Translations under genes and position numbers: made by a program | The notes under the pieces: model-generated | Told to the model about the DNA's origin: nothing | Seen by the model: the letters and a program-made list of their open reading frames with translations, nothing else | Databases searched by the model: none | Shown: positions 12,094 through 24,196 of the stretch, one piece after another | Numbering within the stretch: position 1 is the stretch's first letter | Layout of the letters: each line of letters opens with the position of its first letter | NCBI GenBank assembly: GCA_026023565.1 | Contig: JAPETS010000008.1 | Location: 124,001 to 188,000 of the forward strand | Origin: Cirrosporium novae-zelandiae | Taxonomy: Eukaryota | DNA: 64,000 nucleotides | Direction of reading: 5' to 3'

Positions 12094-12897
12094 TTAGCCC
12101 AGCTTGTCGAGTAATCTTCTCCTTCTCCTCTCGACAAGTTCGTCCTGTACCTCCTCGAGACTTGGGAGCAACCATCCGTTCCCATCACCCTTATCCCCCG
12201 GGAGGGGCTCCCAATTCGCGTCTTCGTCCTGGACACCTCTAGCCACAAGAGCGTCAAACGCTTCCTTTTCCTTCCTTGCCTCGTACTCCAGTAACGTGCC
12301 ATCCTCCTCATCCAAGTTATACCCATAATACCCGGCGTCCACCTGCCGCCTCAAGTCCGCCCGACTCTGCAACGGCTTCTCCTCATGCTCCTGGCCCTTC
12401 CGGCTCGCCGCCTCAAACAGCTCCTTGACCCCCGGCAGCTCCCTCGCCCGCCCAAAATACCGATACCCTTTACCGCTCCCGGGGATCTCCCTCCCTTCCT
12501 CGTCATACACCTTGCCACCGCCCCTCATATAGTTCGGGCCGCCCAGATTCCGGATCTGCACCTCCCACATGTGCTTCTCCCGCATGGCCTTGTTGATCTC
12601 GTCGTTGAGGTCGCGGATCTGGTAGTCCGACAGCGACGGGTCCTGGATCCGGCTGACTTTTCGCGAGATTTCCTTGAGTACTTGGCCGCGCCATTTTTCG
12701 CATGATGGGATCGAGGTTACCTCCGTTATCATCTTCGGTCGTCGCGTGCGGCCCAGGTCGAGGATTCCGAGGTCCGCGGCTTGCTGCGCCCGGAAGCGGA
12801 ATAGCATCGACTGCGCCTTTTCTGAGTTTCGAGCCTAGGAGGGGGAAGTTAGTTGGGATGGTAGAAAGAGGGAAAGGGGACAGGAGAGGCGGACCAT
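12094..12897 (-). CDS. ISY1: Pre-mRNA splicing factor Isy1 (NineTeen complex); coding exon 1 is the ATG only (12895-12897), exon 2 is 12094-12834
   Basis: The spliced product begins MARNSEKAQSMLFRFR and contains IRDLNDEINK...EKHMWE...LGGPNY and GYRYFGRARELPGVKELFE. Intron 12835-12894 reads GTCCGC...CTAAC...TAG on the minus strand. Confidence 0.95.
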
Positions 12898-14119
12898 GTT
12901 TGCGACTTTGGTTCTCTGAGGATTTTGGGGGTAGGAATGATTGTGGTTGCGGTTGTTGTCGTAGAGATGATTTAAAGATTGACGACACACGGAGAAAAGC
13001 TATGGTAGCGAGAGACTAGGATTTCGTTTTGTCTTGATGCCTTGACGAGGGACCCTCTCAACTTCAACACCAAACATCAAAGCTTGGACAGCCTTGATGA
13101 GTTGGAATTAGCAGTCGGTGGTGGTGTTGAGCGCTTGGAGTAAGGTGGTGAGATGATGGTGGTGGTCGTGGAGAGATTGAAGGTCGGCGAAGAGAAAGGG
13201 CGAAATACGAGGTTGTTTGTCTCGGTGTTTGACAAACTTCCAATAAGCTGCTGGGGGGTGGATGGATGGATGATGGATGTCAACTAGATTGATTGTCTTA
13301 TTTTATGTCTTCCATCATAATAGTAATTAATCATTATTATTTGCAAATGGTTACTCTTGTGGTCGTGTTGCAATTGATTTATGAATTCTCTTTTTTTTAC
13401 AGTGCTTCCTCCTTTTTCGTTTTTGCCAATTGCTTGTCTTGTTCGGTATTACCCCAATCAACGATCAAACACAGAGTTTCTTTGGTCATTATTTGATTTT
13501 TACTTAATTGGCTACTGTGCAATTATATTGTGAACATTTGTATTCTCCATTTTAATACATAGACTATCTCAGTCCCATTTAATAAGCTATATTGCTATTA
13601 TTTCTTAGGCGCCATCGTGCATTATGTCGTCGGCTGTCGAAGGCGCCACAGCCAATGATGAAACCTGTCCAAGGTTTAGTTGAATCCTACAAAGATTTCC
13701 GAGTTTAAGAGTTCGGCCATTGTCAATTGGATAGCTACATCTTGCAGAGATAAAGACGTCTTTGTTATAAAGAAGGTAGGATTGGCTTTCCATCTTCCAT
13801 CCAGTTCATTCAGGTCTCTAGTTCCTCACATGAAATATGCTAAATCTTGAGAGGTTGTACAGGCAAAATAAAGCCTATTAAAGCCAGTGCTTAAGATTGA
13901 AACCGACCCTTATGTCGATTTACCGAAATCGAGTACCCAGGTACCTAAGAGACCGAGAATGTCTGTACAACTCGCTTTTCCCACCTCATCTCACTTCTCC
14001 TAAACGTGTTTTTGAGGTTTCAAGGTGAAATCCTAACACCTACCTGATAAAACTAGCTGGGAGCAGTTAAACTGGAAGAGTAAACACGTTTTCTGTTCGA
14101 AGAAGCACATTTAGCTGAT

Positions 14120-14820
14120 TTGTATGGAGAATCAATCCAAGTCTTCGTTGGCCTCACTAAAGTGAACCATGCCATGTTTTCAGAAGCAATATTCTCAAAC
14201 TCACATTACCAGAGATTTTATGAAATCTACAGCACAATGGCTCAACACCCAAATTATATCGTAAAGCCTCTACTTCAAAACTCAGGACACGCCCGAGAAT
14301 CAACTCCACGTCAGATGGGATGGTATGAGAGAAGGCTGCATTCAAGGTTAGATTAGCATGTCTATTGAAGATAACTGCCCTGCGACTAACGGAACCCTTT
14401 TTTTCCAGACCTCCTTGGGCCGGTTCGAAAACCTCTAAATAACTACAAAATAAACTTATGGCTATAAGCGCGATTGGAAAATCCTAGGATTCTGGAACCT
14501 TGGCTATACGTGCCTCCTAGCCTTCTCGCTATCCTTGCTCGCCTTTATTTCTTCTGGGGGAAAATTAACACCCCAACATCCATCCCATATCATATACGTC
14601 TCTTGAGCAGGGGCAGTTTAACCAAAAAATGGCTATTCAGCTTCTGCGTCTTTCTCGGAAGCCGATAATTTTCTAATAGTGACAACACAGCAATGGGGAA
14701 ATTCACTTCAGCGTAGTCTATCATCCTAGTCAAGCACCCAATCTCATCCAGACTACTGGTGGGGAGTGGGGACGAGCTTGCCTTGACCCTGCTAAAGGAA
14801 TACATTTCCTATTCCGTTTA
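14120..14820 (+). pseudogene. Possible decayed BTB/POZ-type gene relic
   Basis: Fragments LYGESIQVFVG, ILEPWLY...LARLYFFWGKINTP and DELALTLLKEY lie in broken frames and resemble the motif order of fungal BTB proteins. No intact ORF. Confidence 0.22.
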
Positions 14821-17434
14821 ACCTCCCACGTTGAAGCTTTATGTCTACGGCCGTCATTCTGATTCTTCGACCATATTGACTATCTAAAATCAGAAGCCCT
14901 TAGCCCAATATGACTAAAAACTAGAGTGGGAGAGAAAAACGGAAAACTATTTTTTTGGTTTTGTTATATCACGCCATGGACCAGCAAACTCGTATGACTC
15001 GCACTCTAGTATACTAGATAGCACTCCTATCTGAAGCTTATTTGCACATGGCTTCAACTAAGAACACCATCGACTTCTTTCGTTGCAGCAAACCTAGCAA
15101 TTTTTCGCCCAAAACGCGACCGAGCACGCATTTTCGGAGGCAACGTATTGGCTCTTTTGAGAATAGCTACATATAAGTAATCTACTCTTCTTACCTGTTT
15201 CTTATTCAACTACATTCCTGCATGCGCAAAACATCTCCAACACCCTTCTTCTAACACAGCATTCGTGCCATTCTCGCTCAATCGAGCTTACATATAGCCT
15301 TTAAGCTACTTACCTACCGCTCTCCCAGAAACAAAACAAAACAAAATGGCAACACCTCCATGCCATCCTAGCTCACGTCTCCCAAATAAAGTACAAGGAG
15401 TTCTGGACTACGCCGCTACTAGTTGAGGGGTTTGTTTAATATTTTTCAAACTGAAAAGAAAAAGAAGTCGACGAAAACTCTCCCCCAAGAAATGTTTCAA
15501 TTAGTGGGAATGAGACTGGGTAAAAGCTCAGCAGAGGAATACGCTTCCTGACTTAACTATCCCATGCGGAAAGCTTCCTACTGCATCCGTGGTTATCATT
15601 GAAGGTTAGACCGAACATGTTTCTTCGAGGATAAAGGTAGTGTTCTGCCGCCGTCACTCTAACCCGTGTCCAAACAACCATTTTTACTCCAAAATCTTCT
15701 TGGACGAGTCTGGAGATCCTCTAAAAACCCCTACCTCAAAATTCAAATAGTGGAGATGGAACTAGTTTAAACCTTCCATACTAGAGTTGCCTACTACACG
15801 CATGGTCGCTTTTTCAACTCGTTCCAACCACGCTAGTCACCATCATACCCTCTAATAGTCTAACAATTAGAACTTCTTCTTGTTATAGATATATATATAT
15901 ATTAACTATATAAACTTAATTTGTCAAGTTCTTCTTGCCATTGGGTCTTTTGCTCGAAGTAATAGCGGATATAAGTACATGTACAAAGGGCGTGTTCAGA
16001 TATTTGCTCTTTTTCTAACCGAGAGGGGAGGATAAACCTCTATGATTATACTAGGTTTATGGCTTAGTGAAAATTTTGTTGGATTGTTAATACGGATATA
16101 AGATAGAGAAGAAGCAGTTTCTCATAATCTAACGGCATCTAATAAGTAAAGGATGTTTTAGACGTTAGTTATATGTTTGGTCGAGTATGCGTTCTTATAT
16201 TTGAATTTGAGATTTGGAACCTGGAAGTACATAGGACTATATTAAGATGGCTTGAGTTCATTGTTGCTTTATGTTTTTTTGTTACTGCATTTGTTGGCGT
16301 TGTGTGTGAGAGGTTGGTTCTACATTTTTCGTTGGGGATTAGGGATGTACTGGCTTGACGGTATGAGAGGGAACGAGGGCGTGAGCATACAAGCGGAGGC
16401 GGCTGGGCTGGTGAAAGTAACAACACACCCTCACAAGCGAGGAGGGGTAACTATCTACATGTATAGATGGAGAGGAAGCTTTCCCTACATGCTAATATTT
16501 CCAGGAGTATTGAACTACTTTGAAAGTGAGTTATATAGACTAACTTTATGAGGCGCCCTCATTGGGCTAGGCCCAAGACCCTGATCGCCTTAGCTAACTG
16601 AGTTAAAAGAAACGACAGTGAGTTAGGCTTTTTACCCGACTTACACCTAACACCACTATATAAAGACCACAAGAGGCGCCCCTGCTGTGGGCATCCTGAC
16701 ATGCTAATCCCCTACCCCCAGCCTCTAGCTAGGCCTATGATCCCGATGAACCCCGATTTGGTGAAAGGGACCTCCGAATGAATCTCTTGAATTGCGTGGA
16801 TATAACAGTTTAAGTATATGATTGGAAAACAATGGAGCTAGGAGGAATTATAAAGCCTCTAGAGACCGAGCTTTCTCGAGTCCCTATTTTTTTAAGTTGA
16901 ACTTACGTTACCAGCTTGAGAACGCGCCTAGTTTGGACATTGTTCGTTCTCTTCTTCGCGTTAGAGCCATTGATTTAGCCTTGAGATAACATTCTTGCTT
17001 GATACTATGATATCGCCAGGAGTTCACGTTGTGTTGCAGAAGGATCAAGTAAGAAGAATAAGGAGTAAAGATCCTGATAACCTAGGAGATTGTTTGTGGA
17101 CTTCAACGTTCATCGGGATTCGGAACTCCTTTGTACTGCTTCGCTGTCGTTTGAGTGGTCTGTTCGTTCAAGATGGTGGGGCCTTATTGACGGGCGCAAA
17201 CTTATGGCTACAGACAGTATACGTACCGAAGCGGGGTAGCTAACCTCCCCTAGGAGATTAGCGTTAGCTTGATTATCCCGACGGTGGGCTCGAAAAACTA
17301 TCATCAGTTACTGCGCATAGCATGCGACTTCCTTATCATCAACCTGCTACCAGCTGCTAGTCTCATCATAATAATACTTACGCATTTCTGGCGGGCCGTT
17401 ATAGCCCCACCTCCCTAAAGGAACCATATCTGCT

Positions 17435-20400
17435 ATGGATCCTCTAAGCGCAGCTAGTAGCATTATCGCAGTCCTTCAGCTCACAGGAACGGTTGTTAAA
17501 TACCTTAACGGAGTGAAAAATGCGTCATCAGCAATTAAAGCGCTTCTGCTAGAAGTAAGCACCGTACAAGGAATTCTGACCAGCATAAAAGATATAGGAA
17601 ATGAAGCGAAACAAACCTGGATATCAAATGATCTGATTCCTGACCTTATAAAGCTTCTAAAGGGGCTAGAAAAAAAGCTGGCTCCCGTTCAGCAAGCAAC
17701 AGGTTTGAGACGGGCGAAAAATAAACTGGCATGGCCTTTCAAAGAGGGCGACTTTAAGGTTACCTTAGCTAGCGTTGAAAGACTTAAGTTATTTTTTAGA
17801 CTCGCTCTGCAGACGGACCATTTGTAAGTTATCGCTGTGGAAAGCTCTAAGCAAGCACCCTGACAAACACTGATAGCAAGGATACACAACTCGGAATAGA
17901 AAGGTTGCAGATCAATACCCAGGATATCAGGTCCCGACAAATCGGTAAGTAAAATGGCACTGAATGGAGAGAGGCCGTACCAATATGGATGTTTTACAGA
18001 TATGGAACGCAGAGACATTCTAAAATGGCTTTCATCTTATGATGTGTCAGCTAACCATAATGCTGCATGCAACAAGCACGAACCAACAACTCGTAGCTGG
18101 TTTTTTCAGTTAGAAGAGTTCAAGTCTTGGAAAGGAGGGTCCGGCGGGATGATCTGGATCCATGGTATCCGTACGAACCCCGAATCCTCCTGAAGAAATT
18201 GATAGACTAGGCAGTGGCTGATCCTCCTTCATTCAGCTGGGTGTGGCAAGTCTATACTATGGTAGGTAATATATTTTGTTACAACAGCAAAGCGCGAAGG
18301 CTGACACCGTATGTAGTTCTACGGTGATTGAAGACGTGAAGCAGTTATGCCAGGCGGAAGAGAGCAAAACATTTACCTACTTCTATTTCGACTTCACCAA
18401 TCCCAAGATGGGAATAGTCACGAACTTTCTACGTTCGATTATTGCACAATTAGCTGGGAGAAAGAAAGTGCTTCCTGAATCAGTTCGCAACTTGTACCAT
18501 GAATACATCCAGAGCAGACAGGGCCCCGACAAGGGGACATTGGTCACAATTGTTGCTTCCATAATTGAGAGCTTTGAGAGTTGTTATATTATATTGGATG
18601 CTTTGGATGAATGTGGATCTGTGGAGAATAGAAAATATGTGTTAGACGTCTTGCGTACTGTACTGATGATGAAAGCCGCAGAGAAACATGTGCATATGCT
18701 GGCTACCAGTCAGAAAGAGCTCGACATCCAAAAGGATTTGGAACCTGTAGTATCTGCTCAAATACTAATGGATGCAGCGAAAGTGGATGAAGATATTCGT
18801 CTACATATCCATAAACAACTTGATGAGAATGACAGATTGAAGCGTCATCCAAATTCTATCAAAAAAGAAATTATACGTAGTTTGGTTCAGAAAGCGCACG
18901 GAATGTGAGTACATCCGGACATGATATCCTTTTGGAAAGTCTAGACGAAGTAATGGCATTCTTCACAGGTTCCGTTGGGCTACTTGCCAGTTGGATATTC
19001 TAAAAAAGTGTAGGTCGGTAGACCAACTGAAAAAGGTCCTGAAAAAGACGCCCGAGACCCTCTCCGATACCTATGACCGTATCCTAGAAAACATCAGCGA
19101 GGATGATGTTGATCTAGCGCATGCGGCATTCCAATGGCTAGCAGTTTCACAACGACCCCTATATTTGGATGAGGTTGCTGAAGCCGCTGTCCTAGAACCA
19201 AGAAAGGAGCTGGATAAAGAAAAAAGATTACAGCTGCCTGAGGATATCCTTGAAATTTGCTCCAGTCTCGTCACTAACGTCACTACGACTATAGGGGGCA
19301 GAAAGCGAGTGAAGATTAGGTTTGCGCATAGCTCGGTGGAGGAGTATCTTGTTTCCAATATGATTGAGCAACGACCTTCAGGCAAATTTTTCATCACTGA
19401 ATTTGATGCTCAAGAATCAATTGCGACCCACTGCTTGTCTTACATTCAAATGCTCCACCACTTGAAATCAATATCCGAAGAAACGACCAAAGAGTTTCCA
19501 CTGCTGAGATATGCGGCAAAATACTGGCCTGACCATGTCCTCCGCGTTAGAAGTATAGGGCGTTTGTCATCAGAATTAGAAACCCTAGTATTCGAGATTC
19601 TTGCGCCGCAAGAATCTACATATTTCCGTCACTGGCTCTGCGTTTATGACCCAGATTATCCATGGCGAGATGAAGAGCTAGAAACCAACCTAGGCAAGGT
19701 TCCATCGTCCCTCTACTATGGGGCAAGTTTTGGAATGGTCGAAGTAGTCAGCTTCCTCCTAGAGAAAGGAGTTGATGCGAATGCCCCGGGTGGCCAGTAT
19801 GGCAGTGCATTACAAGTGGCGGCATGGATGGGCCACAAAGAGATAGTAAGAGTCCTACTAAAACATGGAGCAAAGGTTGACGCACAAGGGGGCCATCAAG
19901 GATGCGCCGTTCATATGGCTGCAGCAAAAGGCAATTTGCAAATAGTGAAGCTTTTACTCGAATATGGGGCTGATGCTCATTTCCCGAGTGGCCATTACGG
20001 AAGCGCGCTTCATGCAGCAGCAGAGAATGGACAATTTGAGGTTGTGCAATTGTTACTTGTTAGCCGAACGTCAAACCTAACTCTAGGAACAAATTAGGCC
20101 AGACTCCATTGTGGTTGGCCGCATATAACGGATACGCCAATGTCGTCAGACTCTTGCTAGAGGAGAAAGATGTTGAGCCAGACTCCAGAAATGATTCAGG
20201 GCATTCACCACTATGGTGGGCAGCTCAGAATGGACATGAAGAGGTGGTAAAAATGCTGCTAGACCGGAAAGTTCAACCAGATTGCAAAGATCCTGTGGGT
20301 CGGACTCCCCTGAGTTTTGCGGCACAGAACGGACACAAAGAAGTGGTGCGCCTCCTTCTAGACCAAGACGGTATTGATTTAAACTTTGGAGATGAATGCA

Positions 20401-21887
20401 ACATTACTCCACTTACGAGAGCAGCACAAAACGGTCACACAGTCATTGTCAAGGTGTTGCTTGAAAGTGGTGCTAATCCAGACCCCCAAAGGCATGTATG
20501 GGGAGACACCACTTGCTGAAGCTGCTCAATACGGTCATGTCACCGTCGTAAAGCTACTCCTAGACCAAAATATCGATAGAGAATTCAAGGATGCATACGG
20601 ATAGACTGCATTGGATCACGCGGTGGCTAATAGACACGAGACATTGATTGAGATCCTTGGAGTATATGTAAGTGCGCAGGTTGAATCAAAGGTTGAGCCT
20701 TCTGAGGACCCACCGCCTTGTGCCGAGAATGAAACGGTACATCACCCCTTGGAGAATGACATGAGCGAGAAGAATAAGACATGGAATGAGCCGTCATCCC
20801 TGACAGCATTGACTTTGGATAAAGATCTTCAAGTAAGCCCTTATAAATTCATAGACAATCGCTCCAGCTAAATATCTTTAGCTATTATACTACCAAGGTA
20901 GCACCTTTGTGTTGATTGGCTTGAAAGCCGCTTGTGTCTACTAACAATTTCTTAGGTGATGATCAAAATATTTATGAGCTTCGCTGGGATGGAAAGCGGC
21001 AAGATGGTTGTAGTTCTGGGGTCATTGTCGCAAAGGCAAGAGCCCACAGCCTTATTGTAGTCACGGGATGGATATGGGATGATGTCGTTCATGTAAGTTT
21101 TTTTCAGTTTCGGCAAATATTGCATTGAGCTACTCACCCTCAGGTATATTAGATTCGCCTCTATTACCTCAACGCACACAATTATTTGCAAGAACATGCC
21201 TACACTTCCTCCACTGGACGGACCCCGGGTGCATTGAATGCACTGAATACTAAAGTTTCTCCGTTCAGCCAGATTGCTGTAACATCCTGGGGCGACCGAA
21301 ATATCTACGTTTTCTACCAAGATGATGATCTGACCATCCGTGAGCTTTGTGGATTGGTAGACAGGGGGGGTCATTCACACTGGCGTCCTGGGAGTAGAAT
21401 CGTCATAGTAGCACCTGGTTCCTTTATGGGTGTTGTGAGCTGGAAACGGAGCACCAGGACCAACCTGAGGCTCTATTATGAATCAGAGAACTACACGCTG
21501 AGAGAAAGATGCTGGGATGGTCCTTGGGACAGCAATGCCGGGTATTACAAATTGAATATTACTCCTGAGGCGCCAATTGCTGCCATTGCTTGGGGAAGTC
21601 TCGGCCTCGAAGGTTCGGGCTATGGGGGTTTCTATATGCGTATTTACACCATCGACGAATCTGGTAACGTTGTTGAAATTCTTTGGCGTTATGGATGGGT
21701 TAGACCTAGGATCATCGCAGCCAGTATTCCCAATAGCAAGTTGGCCGTCGTCCAACGGGGCTGTAGCGACGCTGATCTTGAAATACGCGTCTACTGCGCT
21801 AGCCAGGACAACATTCTTAATGAGCTGGGGTACTCAGGAGAAGAATGGAAAACCAGGGTTGTGACAGAAATCGATTTTGTGCTGTAA
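17435..21887 (+). pseudogene. Fungal NLR-like STAND gene (HeLo-like/SesA N-term, NACHT, winged helix, ~10 ankyrin repeats, fucose-lectin beta-propeller), disrupted in the ankyrin region
   Basis: Exons: 17435-17823, 17877-17944, 18000-18170, 18237-18261, 18317-18904, 18969-20832, 20882-20897, 20956-21092, 21153-21887. N-term MDPLSAASSIIAVLQL; Walker A WIHGIPGCGKS; Walker B IILDALDEC; AHGMFRWATCQLD; RFAHSSVEEYL; LRYAAKYWPDH. Lesions: -1 frameshift near 20060, +1 in the C-run 20483-20487, in-frame TAG at 20602-20604. Confidence 0.85.
20761..21887 (+). CDS. Fucose-specific lectin-like six-bladed beta-propeller module (AAL/FleA-like), uninterrupted
   Basis: After splicing three introns there are six repeats: LQLLYYQGDDQNIYELRWDG; IRLYYLNAHNYLQEHAY; IYVFYQDDDLTIRELC; LRLYYESENYTLRERCWDG; MRIYTIDESGNVVEILW; IRVYCASQDNILNELGY. 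Each is preceded by an S/A-x-(I/L/M)-(A/V/T/G) strand. From the in-frame ATG at 20761 the module is 319 aa. Confidence 0.75.
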
Positions 21888-23344
21888 TCTGGACTCTGGC
21901 ACAAGGAAAGTCATGTCCACGACGAAATTTGCTGTTGTTTTAGGTGTAGATTGGTTTCGATATCTCAGGGTATACATGCCGACGAAATTATCGCCGACTT
22001 TTAGAGAGACGCTTAGGATATTCGCTCTTTCTTAGTACAGGTTGGATCGACTGATAACCGTGGCCTGCGTTGTAAGGTTTTGTGCTGATCTCTTATAATG
22101 ATGATTGATATGACCATCTAAATGAATCCTGTGGTTTCTGTCCTCAGAAGAGCTGAAATTAATTCCCCGTCTTTGATTATGGAATTTGATCCCTTCTCAA
22201 TCAGATCAGGCAGTATGCACATCCGACAAGGACGGTATTTGCTGTTGTACAATATATTGAAATCTAGTATCGTACCTGGTCGTTTGTACAATAGCTCTTG
22301 ATCTTTGTGCGGAATGTTCTCCAAGGGGAATGGAACACGACCAACAGCTTTAGCATGCGGAGGATAGACGAGGATTGATGTCAAACCATGGATAGAATTT
22401 GCGGCTAGGTCAATGTTTTTATTCCTCATCATCCTCAGTGGATGTCGTTCCTAGGACCGAGATTTGCGAGAGGTGCTGTACCAGGAATAACCAATGGGTT
22501 AGCGAATTTCGGAGGCCGAGCTCTCGATCGGGAGTACCACAATAACCGAGAAGCGCGATCTTTGATCTTTTCGAATAATTCGTCTATCGATAATGAAGGG
22601 AGTAAGTAGTATTGCCGATGTGAAATTAAACGGGAAATTATTTTTTCTTAGCGGGAGCTAGCTATCTCAGGAAATTCCAAAGAGAAAAAAAGAAAATCTT
22701 CTCATCCCGCACGCAAGTATAGTACATGTAAACTTCCCACAACGTTTTACTGGGGCTTCAACTGACGTGCGGTCCCAAGTCCCCCCCTACTTAGCCCTAA
22801 CTTGTAGCCGACCCCTCCCTATCGAAAATAGCTAATTAACTAACTGAGATGCGGTTAAATGGAGACGCGGATAGATATCGTGTTATCGAACGACTAGCTT
22901 CGCTAGATTATTATCGATAATGCTCTTAATTACTGGAATGTTCCTCTCGATACCACGATACAAGAGAGGGCCGTCAAATTATGGTTCGCTAGGAATTATT
23001 TGGGGTGGGTTCGGGCTCGGTGTTACTATACTAATTACTTTATACAGCTGTGACACTTTTCTAAGATATTGTGGTGCCATTCACAAATTCAGTGTTAGTC
23101 AATCAAGTAAGTCAGTGACCCATCATTACCCCCGAAAGTCGTTCATCATTCATCTCATTATAAAACTAGCTTGAGACCACCAGGACCGTCTTGAAAGCGT
23201 CTCACCACACTAAGTACAATCTTTATCCTTGACTGTATCCCATCCCAAGCAGGTCGCTTTTTAGAAAGGTTTAATGGCCTGACTGACTCTCCCCCTCTCG
23301 GTACCTCCTAGAGAATTGAAAGGGGAATGTTCGACACCGTCCCC

Positions 23345-24196
23345 TTAGGTCGTAGTATCATTATCCTCTTCGACTGTCATATAATGATCAACGTTTCCAG
23401 CCGAGGTGATAAGGACATGATTATCATGCTCCAACAATGAGCTCAGATATTGCACTTTGTCGTCAAGACGAGCCAAAAGTGTCAAGATGTGTGTTATCTG
23501 CGGCAAGGGAAGACCAGTCGGAGCAGTGTTATCAACCTGTGTTTGTAGTATAATGGGAACATGTTGAACATCTTGGATACTCTCAAAGACCTGGTCGTTC
23601 TGGTCGGTGAACGTAGAGGGAAGGCTAGGTGTTTGCAAAAGGGTAGGATGAATCGTAGCAATGCTATTGGCTTGGGCGTGTGGTATAGCGGGAACACGCT
23701 GAGTATCATCTTGGATGCTCCCAAAGATCTCGTTATATCGATCGGTAGAGGGAGAAAGAAGATCAAAGTTTTGTGGAAGGGTATGATCAACTGTAGTAAT
23801 ATCACTGGGTAGTTGATACTCGGATGGACAGCAGAGATTTGCCATAGGTTGTAATTGAGAACCAATACCTTTACTAACCGTTAGTTTGAAAAAAATATTT
23901 CGCTATGCATGCATTATCAATGTTGTCAAATTTAACTTTCAAATGGTAGGTCTTTGTGAATATAAAGCCAAAAGTTAGAAGCGTAGCTTACTTTTAAAAT
24001 AGTTCCTGCATTGATCGGTGTTCATTTCAGGATGGCTTCGCCTCATATGCAGCTCAAAGTCAATCTTTTTATCTCTGCGAATCTCAAAATGACAATTGGG
24101 TTTCGGACACGATATTTTAGGCGTGTTGTGACGTTTTTGATCTGAATTAGATGAAAATAATTTCGAACATGATGGGCAGATGTTAGTTGAAGACAT
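23345..24196 (-). CDS. Small C2H2-type zinc-finger protein, probable exons 23992-24196 and 23345-23868
   Basis: CPSCSKLFSSNSDQKRH and CPKPNC...HMRRSH at the N-terminus. Donor GTAAGC at 23991, branch CTAAC and an AAG acceptor at 23869 keep the frame with the 166-aa ORF. Confidence 0.6.

Noticed and set aside
20059..20097. GTTAGC...CCTAAC...TAG as a cryptic intron that could repair the first NLR frameshift
   Set aside because: The candidates are 28 or 39 nt, very short, and neither restores the ankyrin frame. The segment itself encodes an ankyrin linker in the shifted frame.
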